Source: Acidobacteriota bacterium
Lineage (GTDB): Bacteria; Acidobacteriota; Vicinamibacteria; Vicinamibacterales; CAVVIG01
Direction: 5' to 3'
DNA: 64,000 nucleotides
Assembly (NCBI GenBank): GCA_003222395.1
Contig: QHWB01000040.1
Span: 573-64,572, forward strand
This document shows, in pieces, positions 8,029 to 19,097 of this stretch; position 1 is the first letter of the stretch; the number at the start of each line of letters is the position of its first letter. The translations under genes and the position numbers were made by a program. The notes beneath the pieces were generated by a model, which worked only from the letters and a program-made list of their open reading frames with translations, had not been told where the DNA came from and made no database searches.

Positions 8029-9918
8029 TTATTCCCCGCCCGCGGATCCCGCGCTCATCCGGACGCTCGTCTTCTTCGCCACCTCGAAGCCTTCCTGCGC
8101 CAGCACGTCGTCGGTGATGCTGCGGGCGTCGATGGGAAGGCCGTTGTAGTGCAGCACGCTGCGCAGCTTCATCTGCCGTGCGGGCGAGAGCTCGAGCTTC
8201 ATCAGCTGGAGCAGCTGCGCGTCGCGATTCTGTTCGATCACGTAGAGACGATCGTGCGCGTCGATGAACGCCGCCAGATCGTCGGTGAACGGATAGGCGC
8301 GCAGGCGGAAGTAGGACGTTTCGACGTTCGTCTCCTCGCGCAGCTGATCGCGGCTCTCCTCGATCGCATAGTGCGACGTGCCGTAGCCGATGAACCCGAT
8401 CTTCGCCTTCGGATTCTTCTCGGCGACGGGCCGCGGCACGAGCGTCCGCGCCGTCTCGAACTTGCGCGCGAGCCGATCCATGTTGTCCACGTAGTCGTCC
8501 GGCCGCTCGCTGTACTGCCCCTTCGCGTTGTGGCCGGATCCGCGCGCGAAGTACGCCGGAAGGCCGTCGCCGGGAATCGTGCGATACGGGATCCCGTCGC
8601 CGTCGACGTCGGTGTAGCGGCCGAACGATCCGAGCCGCTTCAACACCTCCTCGGTGAGAAGCTTGCCGCGGTTGATCGGTCTGTCGGGGTACTTGAAGGC
8701 GTCCGACATCCAGTTGTTCATGCCGAGGTCGAGATCCATCATCACGAACACGGGCGTCTGCAGCTGTTCGGCGAGATCGAACGCGTCCATCGACATCGTG
8801 TAGGCTTCGTCGACCGAGCTCGGGATGATCATCACGTGCTTGGTATCGCCGTGCGACAGGAACGCCGTCGACAGCAGGTCGCCCTGCGCGGTGCGCGTCG
8901 GCAACCCGGTCGACGGTCCGACGCGCTGCACGTCGAAGATGACCGCCGGCGTTTCGGCATAGTACGCGAGCCCCGCGAACTCCGACATGAGGGAGATGCC
9001 GGGACCCGCCGTCGCCGTCATCGCGCGCGCGCCGGCCCAGCTCGCGCCGACCACCATGCCGAGCGACGCGATCTCGTCTTCCGCCTGCACGATCGCGAAC
9101 GTCGCCTTCCCCGTCTCTCTGTCGACGCGGTACTTCTTCATGTACGAGATGAGCGACTCGCACAGCGACGAAGACGGCGTGATCGGATACCACGCGACGA
9201 CGGTGACGCCGGCCATCATGCAGCCGATCGCGGCCGCCGAGTTCCCCTCGATGAGAATCTTCCCCGCCGTCTCGTTCATCGCCTCGAGATAATAGGGATC
9301 CTGCTTGGTGAAATTCGCGGCGGCGTAGTCCCACCCGGCCTTGAGCGCGCCCGCGTTCAGCGTGACCGCCTTCGCCTTGCGACCGAGCTGCTTGTTGAGC
9401 GCCTTCTCCATCAGCGCCATGTCGATGCCGAGCAGCTTCGCGAGGATGCCGTCGTAAATCATGTTGCGGACGAGGCGTCGCAGCTTCGCGTCCGGACACA
9501 CCGGCGCGACGAGCTTGTCGAACGGAACCGGATAGAACGTGAGGTCGGTGCGAAGCGCATTCAGCTTCAGCGGCTCGTCGTAGACCACTGCGGCGCCAGG
9601 CTCGAGCGTGAGGACGTCTTCTTTCGCGGTTTCGGCGTTCATCGCGACCAGGAAGTCGACTTCCTTCTTGCGTCCGACGTATCCGCGCTTGCTGGCGCGG
9701 ATCGTGTACCACGTCGGCAGCCCCGCGATGTTCGACGGGAACATGTTCTTGCCCGAGACCGGGACGCCCATCAGCAGAATGGAACGCAGCAAGACGAGGT
9801 TCGCCGTCTGACTGCCCGATCCGTTGACCGTGGCGACCTGAATGCTGAAATCGTTCACGACGCGCTGTCGATTCGCGGAGGCCCGCTGCTCCTGAACCGC
9901 TATATCTGTCGGTGACAT
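8029..9918 (-). CDS. korA: 2-oxoglutarate/2-oxoacid:ferredoxin oxidoreductase alpha subunit, 629 aa
   Basis: ORF 8029..9924. ATG 9918 (MSPTDIAV) has AAGGA upstream. N-terminal gamma-like domain FSIQVATVNGSGSQTANLVL, and a pyruvate-ferredoxin oxidoreductase core (AWYPITPSS, GPGISLMSE). Confidence 0.9.
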   Translation of the reverse strand: MSPTDIAVQEQRASANRQRVVNDFSIQVATVNGSGSQTANLVLLRSILLMGVPVSGKNMFPSNIAGLPTWYTIRASKRGYVGRKKEVDFLVAMNAETAKEDVLTLEPGAAVVYDEPLKLNALRTDLTFYPVPFDKLVAPVCPDAKLRRLVRNMIYDGILAKLLGIDMALMEKALNKQLGRKAKAVTLNAGALKAGWDYAAANFTKQDPYYLEAMNETAGKILIEGNSAAAIGCMMAGVTVVAWYPITPSSSLCESLISYMKKYRVDRETGKATFAIVQAEDEIASLGMVVGASWAGARAMTATAGPGISLMSEFAGLAYYAETPAVIFDVQRVGPSTGLPTRTAQGDLLSTAFLSHGDTKHVMIIPSSVDEAYTMSMDAFDLAEQLQTPVFVMMDLDLGMNNWMSDAFKYPDRPINRGKLLTEEVLKRLGSFGRYTDVDGDGIPYRTIPGDGLPAYFARGSGHNAKGQYSERPDDYVDNMDRLARKFETARTLVPRPVAEKNPKAKIGFIGYGTSHYAIEESRDQLREETNVETSYFRLRAYPFTDDLAAFIDAHDRLYVIEQNRDAQLLQLMKLELSPARQMKLRSVLHYNGLPIDARSITDDVLAQEGFEVAKKTSVRMSAGSAGGE

Positions 9919-9943
9919 TCTCAAGTCCTTACAGCGTATGTTA

Positions 9944-10813
9944 TCAAACCACCTCTTTGATCGCTTTGCCCATATCGGCAGGGCTTTTCACCACTTTGAC
10001 GCCCGCGGACGCGAGCGCGTCCATCTTTTCCGCCGCCGTGCCTGTACCGCCCGCGATGATCGCGCCGGCATGGCCCATCCGTCGCCCGGGTGGCGCGGTC
10101 TGACCGGCGATGAAGGCGACGACCGGCTTCCTGAAGTTCGACGCGATCCACGCGGCCGCTTCTTCCTCGGCGCTGCCGCCGATCTCGCCGATCATGATCA
10201 CGGCGTCGGTGTCCCTGTCGGCGGCGAACAACTTCAACGCGTCGATGTGCGTCGTGCCGATCAACGGATCGCCGCCGATCCCGATGCACGTCGTCTGTCC
10301 CAATCCGACCCGCGTGAGCTGGTGGATCGCCTCGTAGGTGAGCGTGCCGCTCTTCGACACGATGCCGATGCGCCCTTCCTTGACGATGTTGTGCGGAATG
10401 ATGCCGGCCTTCGCCTTGCCCGGCGAGATGATGCCTGGACAGTTCGGACCGATGAGGCGCGTCGCCGGTTTCGTTTTGAGAAACGTCATCGCGCGCATCA
10501 TGTCGAGAACGGGGATGCCCTCGGTGATGCAGACGATGAGCGCCAGGCCGGCATCGGCGGCTTCCATGATCGCGTCGGCGGCGAACGGCGGCGGCACGAA
10601 GATGACCGACGCGTTCGCGCCGGTCTCGTCCACGGCGTCGCGCACGGTATCGAAGATGGGCCACTGCTCGTGAGTCGTGCCCCCTTTGCCGGGGGTGACG
10701 CCGCCGACGACCGTCGTGCCGTACGCCGCCGCCTGCTTCGCGTGAAACGTCCCCTCGCGACCGGTCAACCCCTGCACGAGCAAACGCGTCGATTTGTCGA
10801 TCAGAACGGACAT
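9944..10813 (-). CDS. sucD: Succinyl-CoA synthetase alpha subunit
   Basis: [24 protein letters not shown]... with the catalytic-His region [13 protein letters not shown] 10813 matches the canonical SucD N-terminus; the track ORF extends to GTG 10849. Confidence 0.95.
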   Translation of the reverse strand: MSVLIDKSTRLLVQGLTGREGTFHAKQAAAYGTTVVGGVTPGKGGTTHEQWPIFDTVRDAVDETGANASVIFVPPPFAADAIMEAADAGLALIVCITEGIPVLDMMRAMTFLKTKPATRLIGPNCPGIISPGKAKAGIIPHNIVKEGRIGIVSKSGTLTYEAIHQLTRVGLGQTTCIGIGGDPLIGTTHIDALKLFAADRDTDAVIMIGEIGGSAEEEAAAWIASNFRKPVVAFIAGQTAPPGRRMGHAGAIIAGGTGTAAEKMDALASAGVKVVKSPADMGKAIKEVV

Positions 10814-10972
10814 ACGTGCTTGATATGCGGCCACAGTGTGGGCGACCACGCTCGGCCCCGGGCGTACGCATGGGTCCCGCCCTGCTTTACCGAGCGAAGC
10901 TCTTCGTGCCGCAAGACATCTTACGCAAGATCTTGCGGATGCCCGCCGGCGCTTCGTGGCGGAGGGCCATCG

Positions 10973-12133
10973 CTACCCGGCCAGTTGTACGACCCTCTCC
11001 GCCGCTTCGTCCATCGAGTCGGCGGTCGTGAAATTCATCCGGCTCTGCTCGAGCAGGCGCTTCCCTTCCTCGACGTTCGTCCCTTCCATGCGGATGACGA
11101 TCGGCACCCGCACGCCCAGCTCCTTCACGGCGCCGATCACGCCCTGCGCGAGCACGTCGCAGCGCAGGATGCCGCCGAAGATGTTGATGAGGACGGCCCG
11201 CACGTTCCGGTCCGACGTGAGGATCTTGAACGCATTGCGGATCTGTTCCGCGTTGGCGCCGCCACCGACGTCGAGGAAATTCGCCGGCTCGCCGCCCGCC
11301 AGCTTGATGATGTCCATCGTCGCCATCGCGAGGCCGGCGCCGTTCACCATGCAGCCGATGTTGCCGTCGAGATGGATGTAGTTCAGCGAGAACTTCGACG
11401 CCTCGATCTCGAGCGGATCTTCTTCGCCGAGATCGCGCAGATCCTTCAGGTCCGCGTGCCGGTACAGCGCGTTGTCGTCGAAGTTCATCTTCGCGTCGAG
11501 CGCCAGCAGATCGCCGGCCTGCGTGACGACGAGCGGATTGATCTCGACCAGCGACGCGTCGGTGGCGACGAACGCTTCGTACAGCGCGGTCGCGAGCCGG
11601 ACGAACTTGTTCACCTGCGCGCCGTCGAGATCGATGGCGAACCCGAGCTGCCGCGCCTCGAAGGGGACGAGGCCGACGCCCGGCTCGATGTACACGCGGA
11701 CGATTTTCTCCGGCGTCTTCGCCGCGACTTCCTCGATGTCCATGCCGCCGGCCGCGCTCGCCATCATGACCGGCTTGCCGGCGGCGCGATCGAGGAGCAG
11801 GCTGAGATACAGCTCGCGCTGCATCTGCAACCCTTCTTCGACCAGCACGCGCCCGACGACCCGCCCTTCGGGACCGGTTTGATGCGTGACGAGCGTCATG
11901 CCGAGCATGTTGGCGGCGATCTTCTCCGCGTCTCCCGGCGAGCGCGCGAGCTTGACGCCGCCGCCCTTGCCGCGCCCGCCCGCATGAATCTGCGCTTTGA
12001 CGACGACGACCGATCCGCCGAGCCGCCGCGCGATGTCGCCGGCCTCCGCCGCGCTGAACGCGACCTCGCCGCGCGGCACGGGCACGCCATGCTTCGCGAG
12101 AATCGCTTTCGCTTGGTACTCGTGGATTTTCAT
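10973..12133 (-). CDS. sucC: Succinyl-CoA synthetase beta subunit (ATP-grasp)
   Basis: MKIHEYQAKAILAKHGVPVPRG..., 386 aa, full-length SucC-like. Lies upstream of sucD. Confidence 0.95.
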   Translation of the reverse strand: MKIHEYQAKAILAKHGVPVPRGEVAFSAAEAGDIARRLGGSVVVVKAQIHAGGRGKGGGVKLARSPGDAEKIAANMLGMTLVTHQTGPEGRVVGRVLVEEGLQMQRELYLSLLLDRAAGKPVMMASAAGGMDIEEVAAKTPEKIVRVYIEPGVGLVPFEARQLGFAIDLDGAQVNKFVRLATALYEAFVATDASLVEINPLVVTQAGDLLALDAKMNFDDNALYRHADLKDLRDLGEEDPLEIEASKFSLNYIHLDGNIGCMVNGAGLAMATMDIIKLAGGEPANFLDVGGGANAEQIRNAFKILTSDRNVRAVLINIFGGILRCDVLAQGVIGAVKELGVRVPIVIRMEGTNVEEGKRLLEQSRMNFTTADSMDEAAERVVQLAG

Positions 12134-12386
12134 GACGTCGGGAAACTCCTGATGCTATTCGCCTTCGCTGAAGGCCGTCAACATTTCTCTATGCTCGCGG
12201 GGCCCGCTTGCTCGCTGCGCCGGGCCCCGCCGCCGGCGCGGTTGCTCAGCGCGTTCGCGCTTCGCAACGGCTCAGGGCTGCCGCTCGCGCGCGCTCGGCG
12301 GCGCTTCGCGCTTCCCTCCGGCGCCTCGCGCGAGCCGCTGGCGCTTCTTGCGTGCCTTTGTGACGCAACAGTAAACTTCTCTGTTG

Positions 12387-13061
12387 ATGTCGTCGCGATT
12401 CGGCGTGTTCTCCTCTTCCGTCGGCACGAAGATCCTGATCGGTGTCACCGGAGTCGCTCTCTTCCTCTATCTCGTCATCCACATCGCCGGCAATCTGATC
12501 GTGTTCCTCGGTCCTGCCGCGTTCAATCGCTACGCCTTCGTCATGGAGTACGGTAATCCGCTGCTGCCGGTGATCGAGATCGGTCTGCTGCTGATCTTCC
12601 TGCTGCACGTCTACAAAGCCGTGACGATGTTCCTCGCGAATCAGCAGGCGCGGCCGGTGGCGTACGTGAAGAAGAAATACGCAGGGAAACCGAGTCGGAA
12701 GAGCTTCGCTTCGTCGACGATGATCTTCTCCGGCCTCTGGCTCCTGTTCTTCATCATCATTCATGTCAAAGCGTTCCGATTCAGCCCCGAATACCCGTGG
12801 CCGGCCGGCGGACGCGATCTCTACCGGCAGGAGATGGAGAACTTCGTCAGCCCGCTGACGGCCGGCTTCTACGTGCTGTCGATGGTCGTCGTCGGCTCGC
12901 ATCTCTGGCACGGCATCGCGAGCGCGTTCCAGTCGATGGGCGCCGATCACCCGAAGTGGACGCCGCGTCTGCTCACGACGGGCAAGGTCATCGCGGTGCT
13001 GATGGCCGGCGGCTTCATCGTCATCGCGCTGTGGGCGCATTTCGTGGGAGCGCGCACGTGA
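12387..13061 (+). CDS. sdhC: Succinate dehydrogenase/fumarate reductase cytochrome b subunit (b558 family)
   Basis: 224 aa with five hydrophobic helices and conserved His residues ([15 protein letters not shown]). Its stop overlaps the sdhA GTG (GTGA at 13058-13061). Confidence 0.85.
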   Translation: MSSRFGVFSSSVGTKILIGVTGVALFLYLVIHIAGNLIVFLGPAAFNRYAFVMEYGNPLLPVIEIGLLLIFLLHVYKAVTMFLANQQARPVAYVKKKYAGKPSRKSFASSTMIFSGLWLLFFIIIHVKAFRFSPEYPWPAGGRDLYRQEMENFVSPLTAGFYVLSMVVVGSHLWHGIASAFQSMGADHPKWTPRLLTTGKVIAVLMAGGFIVIALWAHFVGART

Positions 13062-14980
13062 GCCCCACGAAACTCGACTCGAACGTTCCCGCCGGGCCGA
13101 TCGCCGAGAAGTGGGATCGGCACCGGTTCGAGATGAAGCTCGTCAACCCGGCGAACAAGCGAAAGTACACGATCATCGTCGTCGGGACGGGTCTCGCCGG
13201 CGCATCGGCGGCGGCGTCGCTTGGCGAGCTCGGCTACAACGTCCTCAACTTCTGCATCCAGGATTCGCCGCGACGCGCGCACAGCATCGCCGCGCAGGGC
13301 GGCATCAACGCCGCGAAGAACTATCAGAACGACGGCGATAGCGTCTATCGCCTCTTCTACGACACGGTGAAGGGCGGCGACTATCGCTCGCGGGAGGCGA
13401 ACGTCTACCGGCTGGCGCAGCTGAGCGTCAACATCATCGACCAGTGCGTGGCGCAGGGCGTGCCGTTCGCGCGCGACTACGGCGGCCTGCTGGACAACCG
13501 ATCGTTCGGCGGCGCGCAGGTGTCGCGCACGTTCTACGCGCGCGGCCAGACCGGTCAGCAGCTGCTGCTCGGCGCCTATCAGTCACTGATGCGTCAGGTG
13601 CACAAGGGCACCGTCCGACTGTTCGCGCGGCGCGAGATGCTCGATCTCGTGCTCGTCGAGGGGCGCGCGCGCGGCATCGTCTGCCGCAACCTCGTCACGG
13701 GCGAAATCGAGCGTTACGCGGCCCACGCGGTCATTCTCGCGACGGGCGGCTACGGCACCGTGTATTACCTGTCGACCAACGCGGTCAACTCCAACGTCAC
13801 GGCGTCGTGGCGCGCGGCCAAGCGCGGCGCCCTGTTCGCCAACCCGTGCTTCACGCAGATCCACCCGACGTGCATCCCGGTCACGGGCGATCATCAGTCG
13901 AAGCTCACGTTGATGAGCGAGAGCCTCCGCAACGACGGACGTGTGTGGGTGCCGAAGAAGAAAGGCGACACGCGGCCGCCCGATCAGATTCCCGAAGACG
14001 AGCGCGACTACTACCTGGAACGGAAGTACCCGTCGTTCGGCAATCTCGTGCCGCGCGACGTCGCGTCGCGCAACGCGAAACAGATGGCCGATGAGGGACG
14101 GGGCGTCGGCGAGACCGGTCTGGCCGTCTACCTCGATTTCCAGGACGCGATTCAGCGGCTCGGCATCGACGTCATCCGCGAGAAGTACGGGAACCTGTTC
14201 CACATGTACAAGAAGATCGCCGACGAGGATGCGTACAAGGTTCCGATGCGCATCTACCCGGCGATCCATTACACGATGGGCGGCCTCTGGGTGGACTACA
14301 ACCTGATGACCAATGTCCCCGGCCTGCACGTGCTCGGCGAAGCGAACTTCTCGGATCACGGCGCCAACCGCCTTGGCGCGTCGGCGCTCATGCAAGGGCT
14401 GGCCGACGGTTATTTCGTCATTCCGTACACGATCGGCCATTACCTCGCCGGCAGCACGATGCTGAAAGTCACCTCGGAGCACGATGCGTTCAAGGAATCG
14501 GCCAACTGCGTCCAGAAGAACATCAATCGACTCCTCTCCGTGAAAGGCAATCGCGGCATCCGTGAGATCCACCGCGAGCTCGGTCGGATCATGTGGGACA
14601 ACGTCGGCATGTCGCGGACGGAGCAGAGCCTCCGAACGGCGCTCGCGCAGATACCGAAGCTGCGCGGCGAGTTCTGGCAGAGCGTGTCGGTGCCGGGGAC
14701 CGACGACAACCTGAATCAGAGCCTCGAGTACGCCGGGCGCGTCGCCGACTACCTCGAATTCGCGGAGCTGTTGACGCTCGATGCGCTGCACCGCCGGGAG
14801 TCGTGCGGCGGCCACTTCCGCGAGGAGAGCCAGACCGCGGACGGCGAAGCGCTGCGCGACGACGAGCATTATTCGTACGTGGCGGCGTGGGAGTTCACCG
14901 GTGTCGGCAGAGAGCCGGTCCTGCACAAGGAGCCGCTGGTGTTCGAGGAAGTGCATCCTACGCAGAGGAGTTACAAGTGA
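13058..14980 (+). CDS. sdhA: Succinate dehydrogenase/fumarate reductase flavoprotein subunit
   Basis: From GTG 13058: [10 protein letters not shown]...[16 protein letters not shown] (FAD dinucleotide fold), [12 protein letters not shown] (covalent FAD His), [10 protein letters not shown]. The track ORF 12797..14980 is extended upstream in frame. Confidence 0.93.
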   Translation: MSPTKLDSNVPAGPIAEKWDRHRFEMKLVNPANKRKYTIIVVGTGLAGASAAASLGELGYNVLNFCIQDSPRRAHSIAAQGGINAAKNYQNDGDSVYRLFYDTVKGGDYRSREANVYRLAQLSVNIIDQCVAQGVPFARDYGGLLDNRSFGGAQVSRTFYARGQTGQQLLLGAYQSLMRQVHKGTVRLFARREMLDLVLVEGRARGIVCRNLVTGEIERYAAHAVILATGGYGTVYYLSTNAVNSNVTASWRAAKRGALFANPCFTQIHPTCIPVTGDHQSKLTLMSESLRNDGRVWVPKKKGDTRPPDQIPEDERDYYLERKYPSFGNLVPRDVASRNAKQMADEGRGVGETGLAVYLDFQDAIQRLGIDVIREKYGNLFHMYKKIADEDAYKVPMRIYPAIHYTMGGLWVDYNLMTNVPGLHVLGEANFSDHGANRLGASALMQGLADGYFVIPYTIGHYLAGSTMLKVTSEHDAFKESANCVQKNINRLLSVKGNRGIREIHRELGRIMWDNVGMSRTEQSLRTALAQIPKLRGEFWQSVSVPGTDDNLNQSLEYAGRVADYLEFAELLTLDALHRRESCGGHFREESQTADGEALRDDEHYSYVAAWEFTGVGREPVLHKEPLVFEEVHPTQRSYK

Positions 14981-14982
14981 CG

Positions 14983-15014
14983 CCGAATCCCGAATCCCGA
15001 ATCCCGAATCCCGA
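14983..15014. repeat. Tandem heptamer array (CCGAATC x4.6) in the sdhA-sdhB spacer
   Basis: Direct reading gives CCGAATC at 14983, 14990, 14997 and 15004, plus CCGA. The complement reads GGGATTCGGGATTCGGGATTCGGG. It sits between the sdhA stop (14980) and the GAGGA SD (15016-15020) with sdhB GTG at 15027. Confidence 0.95.
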
Positions 15015-15026
15015 CGAGGATCACGC

Positions 15027-15776
<750 letters not shown>

Positions 15777-15781
15777 TCGGA

Positions 15782-17305
15782 TCACTCGACCCGGAGCGGC
15801 GCGGTCAGCTCGCGGACGTTGACGCGATCGAGTCGTGACACGATGTCGATGATTCGATCGGCATCCACCGGCGCCTCGGCGGTCAGCCGCCTGAATTTCT
15901 GCGCCACCCAATCCCACGACAGCGGCCGCTTGTAGAATCCAAGATAGTCGCGCTTCTCCTTCGTCACCTTCCGGCCGTCGCGCATCGTCACAGTGATCAG
16001 GCAAGGCATCTCGTCGGGATATCGCCAGCTGTACGTGTCGAGCCATTTCGATCGCAGGCCGGGGACGATCGAGTGCGGCCGCACGCTCACGCGCCGGAGC
16101 AGCCGCTGGACGTCGTCGCGGACAATCCGTTCCTGCCGATATTGATCCGGCCACACGTCGCCGTCGAGAATCGCCACCGACACGGCGTACGGCAGGCTGT
16201 GATCGGCTTCCTCCTTGTGCTCGACATCGGCCTGGCGCGCGCCGGCTTCGCCGCCGCCGATGATCTCGACGGCCTCGTCGAAGATCTCAATCCTGATCTG
16301 TTCGATGTTGTCGGGATCGAAACGGTGCTCGCGGTGCAGGTCGAGAACGCCCTCGATCGCCGACTGGCTGTGCACTTCCGCGTTGTATCGCTTCACGCTC
16401 GTGCGCAGCACCGCGCCGAGATCCTCCGCCTGCCAGTTCACACGGAAGGATCCGGCGATCGACTCCATGAATCCCTTCACGCCGTCGAAGACGTCAATCG
16501 GTCCGGTGACGCCTCGCATCGCGAGGAAGGTGTGGTGGGTCGCCGCCCCGGCGACGGCTGCCGACTGAAGGCCTTTCCATTGCGACACCCCGCCGGTGCG
16601 CGTTACCCACAACGTGTTCGACACGGCGCCGGCCATGCCCAGCGCGTTCGCGATCGTGTGCGCGTCCAGACCGAGGGCGCGGCCCGCGCCGGCAGCGACC
16701 GAATACGCGAGCTGCGTCGTATGGTCGAATCCCTGCTCGGTGATTGGCGCCAGCTCCACGAGCCGGCACTGGACCTGATAGGCGACTGCCAGCGAGGTCA
16801 GGAAGTCGCGGCCGTGGGCGTTCGCGTACTCGGCCGCGGCGAGGACGCCGGCGAAATTGTCCGACGGATGGCACGTTTCGCCAGTCGCCATGAAGTTGTC
16901 CATGAAGTCGAGGTAGCGGACGAGAGCGGTGTTGTAGCACGCCGCGCGATCGGGCGCCGCCTCGCCGCCGGCAATCAACGTCGCTCCGCGGCCGGCCCCG
17001 AAATCGTCGATCTGCTCGCCGAGCGCGCGCACCGGCGGGCCGTCGAGCGCTCCGCACGCGCATGCAAGCGAGTCGAGCACGCGGATCTTCAGTGCGTCGA
17101 TAACGGCTGGCGTAAGGTGTTCGTAAGAAGCACGCGCGGCAAACGCGGCCAGATCGGTCGCCATCGGGCTGACGCCCTGGCCGATGGCGGCACGAAAAAG
17201 CCTTTCGGCCGTGCCCACTGCGTGGCCGACCTGTTCAGCAACTTTGCTCAGCGCGGAGTCGTGGGCGGGATTCGCATGAGCCACGCTCGACGGCGGTGCA
17301 TTCAC
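15782..17305 (-). CDS. MmgE/PrpD family protein (2-methylcitrate dehydratase-like)
   Basis: 507-aa ORF. PrpD-family features: LAAFAARASYEHLTPAVIDALKIRVLDSLACA, TCHPSDNFAGVLAAAE. The start is uncertain (ATG 17305, or ATG 17164 which gives MATDLAAF). No prpB or prpC nearby. Confidence 0.8.
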   Translation of the reverse strand: MNAPPSSVAHANPAHDSALSKVAEQVGHAVGTAERLFRAAIGQGVSPMATDLAAFAARASYEHLTPAVIDALKIRVLDSLACACGALDGPPVRALGEQIDDFGAGRGATLIAGGEAAPDRAACYNTALVRYLDFMDNFMATGETCHPSDNFAGVLAAAEYANAHGRDFLTSLAVAYQVQCRLVELAPITEQGFDHTTQLAYSVAAGAGRALGLDAHTIANALGMAGAVSNTLWVTRTGGVSQWKGLQSAAVAGAATHHTFLAMRGVTGPIDVFDGVKGFMESIAGSFRVNWQAEDLGAVLRTSVKRYNAEVHSQSAIEGVLDLHREHRFDPDNIEQIRIEIFDEAVEIIGGGEAGARQADVEHKEEADHSLPYAVSVAILDGDVWPDQYRQERIVRDDVQRLLRRVSVRPHSIVPGLRSKWLDTYSWRYPDEMPCLITVTMRDGRKVTKEKRDYLGFYKRPLSWDWVAQKFRRLTAEAPVDADRIIDIVSRLDRVNVRELTAPLRVE

Positions 17306-17318
17306 GGTGCCAACGCGG

Positions 17319-18485
17319 TCACGCGTGCTCTTCGAGCGGAACGACCTGAACCGCCGCGTCGCGAACGGTTGTCAGGAATCGATCGATGGTCGATCCCTTC
17401 CACAGGAGCTCCCATCGCGAACGCGCGCTCTGGCCGAAGATGACGTGCGTGATCCCCTCGCGCTGCGCGAAGGCAATCAGCCCGTCGGCCGGCCGCATCG
17501 CATGCACCTTCACGACGGTTGCGCCGAGGTTTTCCGCGAGCTTGATGTTCTGCTGCAGCGCGTCGGAATCGTCGGGTTTGATGCGTCCGGGCTGCTCCTG
17601 CGGCGTCTCGACGTAGACGGCGTACCACTTGGAGCCCAGGCGCCCCGCGATCCGCGCGCCGGTTCGGATGACCCGCGGGGCGATCGCGTTCGAGCTCATG
17701 CACACCATCACGCGCTCGGGAATGAGCGCCGGCTCGAGCCCTTCGCGCGCGCGATAACTGGCCGCCTTCTCGCCGACTTCGTCGGCCACGGCCCGCAGCG
17801 CGAGCTCGCGCAGCGTGCTGAGATTGCCTTTACGGAAGAAGTTGCCGAGCGCCTGTTCGACTTTCTCCGGCCTGTAGATTTTTCCCTGGCGCAGGCGGTT
17901 GCGGAGCTCCTCGACGGTGACGTCGACGTTGATCACTTCGTCCGCACGATCGAGCAAGGTGTCGGGCACCGTCTCGCGGACGCGCACGCCGGTCACGCGG
18001 GCGACGGCGTCGTTGAGCGTTTCGAGGTGCTGGATGTTGACGGCCGTCATCACGTGAATGCCCGCGTCGAGCAAATCGGCGACGTCCTCGTACCGCTTCC
18101 CGTGCCTGCTGCCGGGCACGTTCGTGTGCGCGAGCTCGTCGACGATCGCAACCTGCGGTTTTCGCGCGATGATGGCGTCGACGTCCATTTCTTCCATCGT
18201 GACGCCGCGGTACTCCACGTTGCGGCGCGGCACGACCTCGAGGTCCTTCAGCTGCGCGTCGGTATCGGCGCGGCTGTACGTTTCCACGAATCCGACGACG
18301 ACGTCGAGACCGCGGACGCGCAGCGCGTGCCCGTCGGTGAGCATCGAGTAGGTCTTGCCGACGCCCGGCGCCGCCCCGATGTAAATGCGCAGGCGCGCGC
18401 GATCCCGTTCCTTCAGCCGCGCCAGCAGCGCGTCGCTTCTCGATCCCGGAGTCTCGTCGCGGAGGCTCACTTTCTGATTGGCCAT
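17319..18485 (-). CDS. kdpD: Stand-alone N-terminal half of KdpD (KdpD-N P-loop domain + USP domain), with no TM or kinase part
   Basis: 388 aa. RLRIYIGAAPGVGKTYSML (Walker A as in KdpD-N), VDELAHTN, NIQHLESL-like NIQHLETLND, then a USP-like block RVMVCMSSNAIAPRVIRTGARIAG...WYAVYVE. It ends without hydrophobic helices. Lies directly after kdpC (19-nt overlap). Confidence 0.85.
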   Translation of the reverse strand: MANQKVSLRDETPGSRSDALLARLKERDRARLRIYIGAAPGVGKTYSMLTDGHALRVRGLDVVVGFVETYSRADTDAQLKDLEVVPRRNVEYRGVTMEEMDVDAIIARKPQVAIVDELAHTNVPGSRHGKRYEDVADLLDAGIHVMTAVNIQHLETLNDAVARVTGVRVRETVPDTLLDRADEVINVDVTVEELRNRLRQGKIYRPEKVEQALGNFFRKGNLSTLRELALRAVADEVGEKAASYRAREGLEPALIPERVMVCMSSNAIAPRVIRTGARIAGRLGSKWYAVYVETPQEQPGRIKPDDSDALQQNIKLAENLGATVVKVHAMRPADGLIAFAQREGITHVIFGQSARSRWELLWKGSTIDRFLTTVRDAAVQVVPLEEHA

Positions 18486-19048
18486 TGCTCGTCGAGCGCG
18501 AGGTTCAGCTCCAACACGTTCACGCGCGGTTCACCCAGGAATCCGAACTGCCGCGGCTCGATGTGCGCCCCGACCAGCCGCCGCACATCCGCTTCGCTCG
18601 CACGTCGCGCCGCGGCCACGCGCGGCGCCTGAAACAGCGCCGCGGCGGGCGAGAGATGCGGATCGAGTCCCGACGCCGACGACGTGACGAGATCGATTGG
18701 CACCGGCGCCGACGGATTCTCTTTCTGAGCCGCGGCAACGGCGGTCTTCACCGCGTCGACGAGGTTTCTGCTCGTCGGTCCCAGATTCGTCCCGGCCGAA
18801 TTCGCCGCGTCGTATCCGGCCCCGGCCGCGGAGGGACGTCCGTGGAAATAACCCGGTGAAGAGAACGACTCCCCGATGATGCGCGAGCCGATGACACGGC
18901 CCTCGCGCATGACGAGCTGACCGTTCGCCTTGTCCGGGAATATCGCCTGCGCAATCGCGGTCATGGCCAGCGGATATACGAGGCCCAGAAGAATCGTCGT
19001 CGCGATCGTCATCAGGACGGCGATGAGGAGATTGCGGGTGATGTTCAT
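18467..19048 (-). CDS. kdpC: K+-transporting ATPase subunit C
   Basis: 193 aa. N-terminal TM, then GSRIIGESF, SSASGLDPHLSPAAA, which are typical KdpC motifs. Confidence 0.93.
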   Translation of the reverse strand: MNITRNLLIAVLMTIATTILLGLVYPLAMTAIAQAIFPDKANGQLVMREGRVIGSRIIGESFSSPGYFHGRPSAAGAGYDAANSAGTNLGPTSRNLVDAVKTAVAAAQKENPSAPVPIDLVTSSASGLDPHLSPAAALFQAPRVAAARRASEADVRRLVGAHIEPRQFGFLGEPRVNVLELNLALDEQWPIRK

Positions 19049-19097
19049 GGTTCGCTCGGCTGAAGCCTTCGCGCTACGCGGCGGAGCGTGGTCATCG

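Noticed and set aside
6992-9712. 906-aa minus-strand ORF suggesting a fused kor protein
   Set aside because: Only the last 342 codons (from ATG 8020) look like KorB. The upstream part is an out-of-frame read through korA, which is encoded in its own frame at 8029..9918.
10814-10972. 27-codon ORF ([27 protein letters not shown]) in the sucC-sucD spacer
   Set aside because: There is no SD. The ATG abuts the sucC stop. The peptide is basic and not hydrophobic, and it is largely encoded by the palindromic repeats. It is more likely structured RNA than coding sequence.
9938-12556. 872-aa plus-strand ORF, together with similar long ORFs 288..1151(-), 1872..3374(-), 6929..8149(+), 8149..9915(+), 13583..14956(-), 16073..17443(+), 35911..37239(+), 37834..39339(-) and 41886..43502(-)
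   Set aside because: They lie antisense to genes with unmistakable conserved products. Their translations are Arg/Ala/Asp-rich low-complexity sequence without motifs. These are typical shadow ORFs of a ~67% GC genome.
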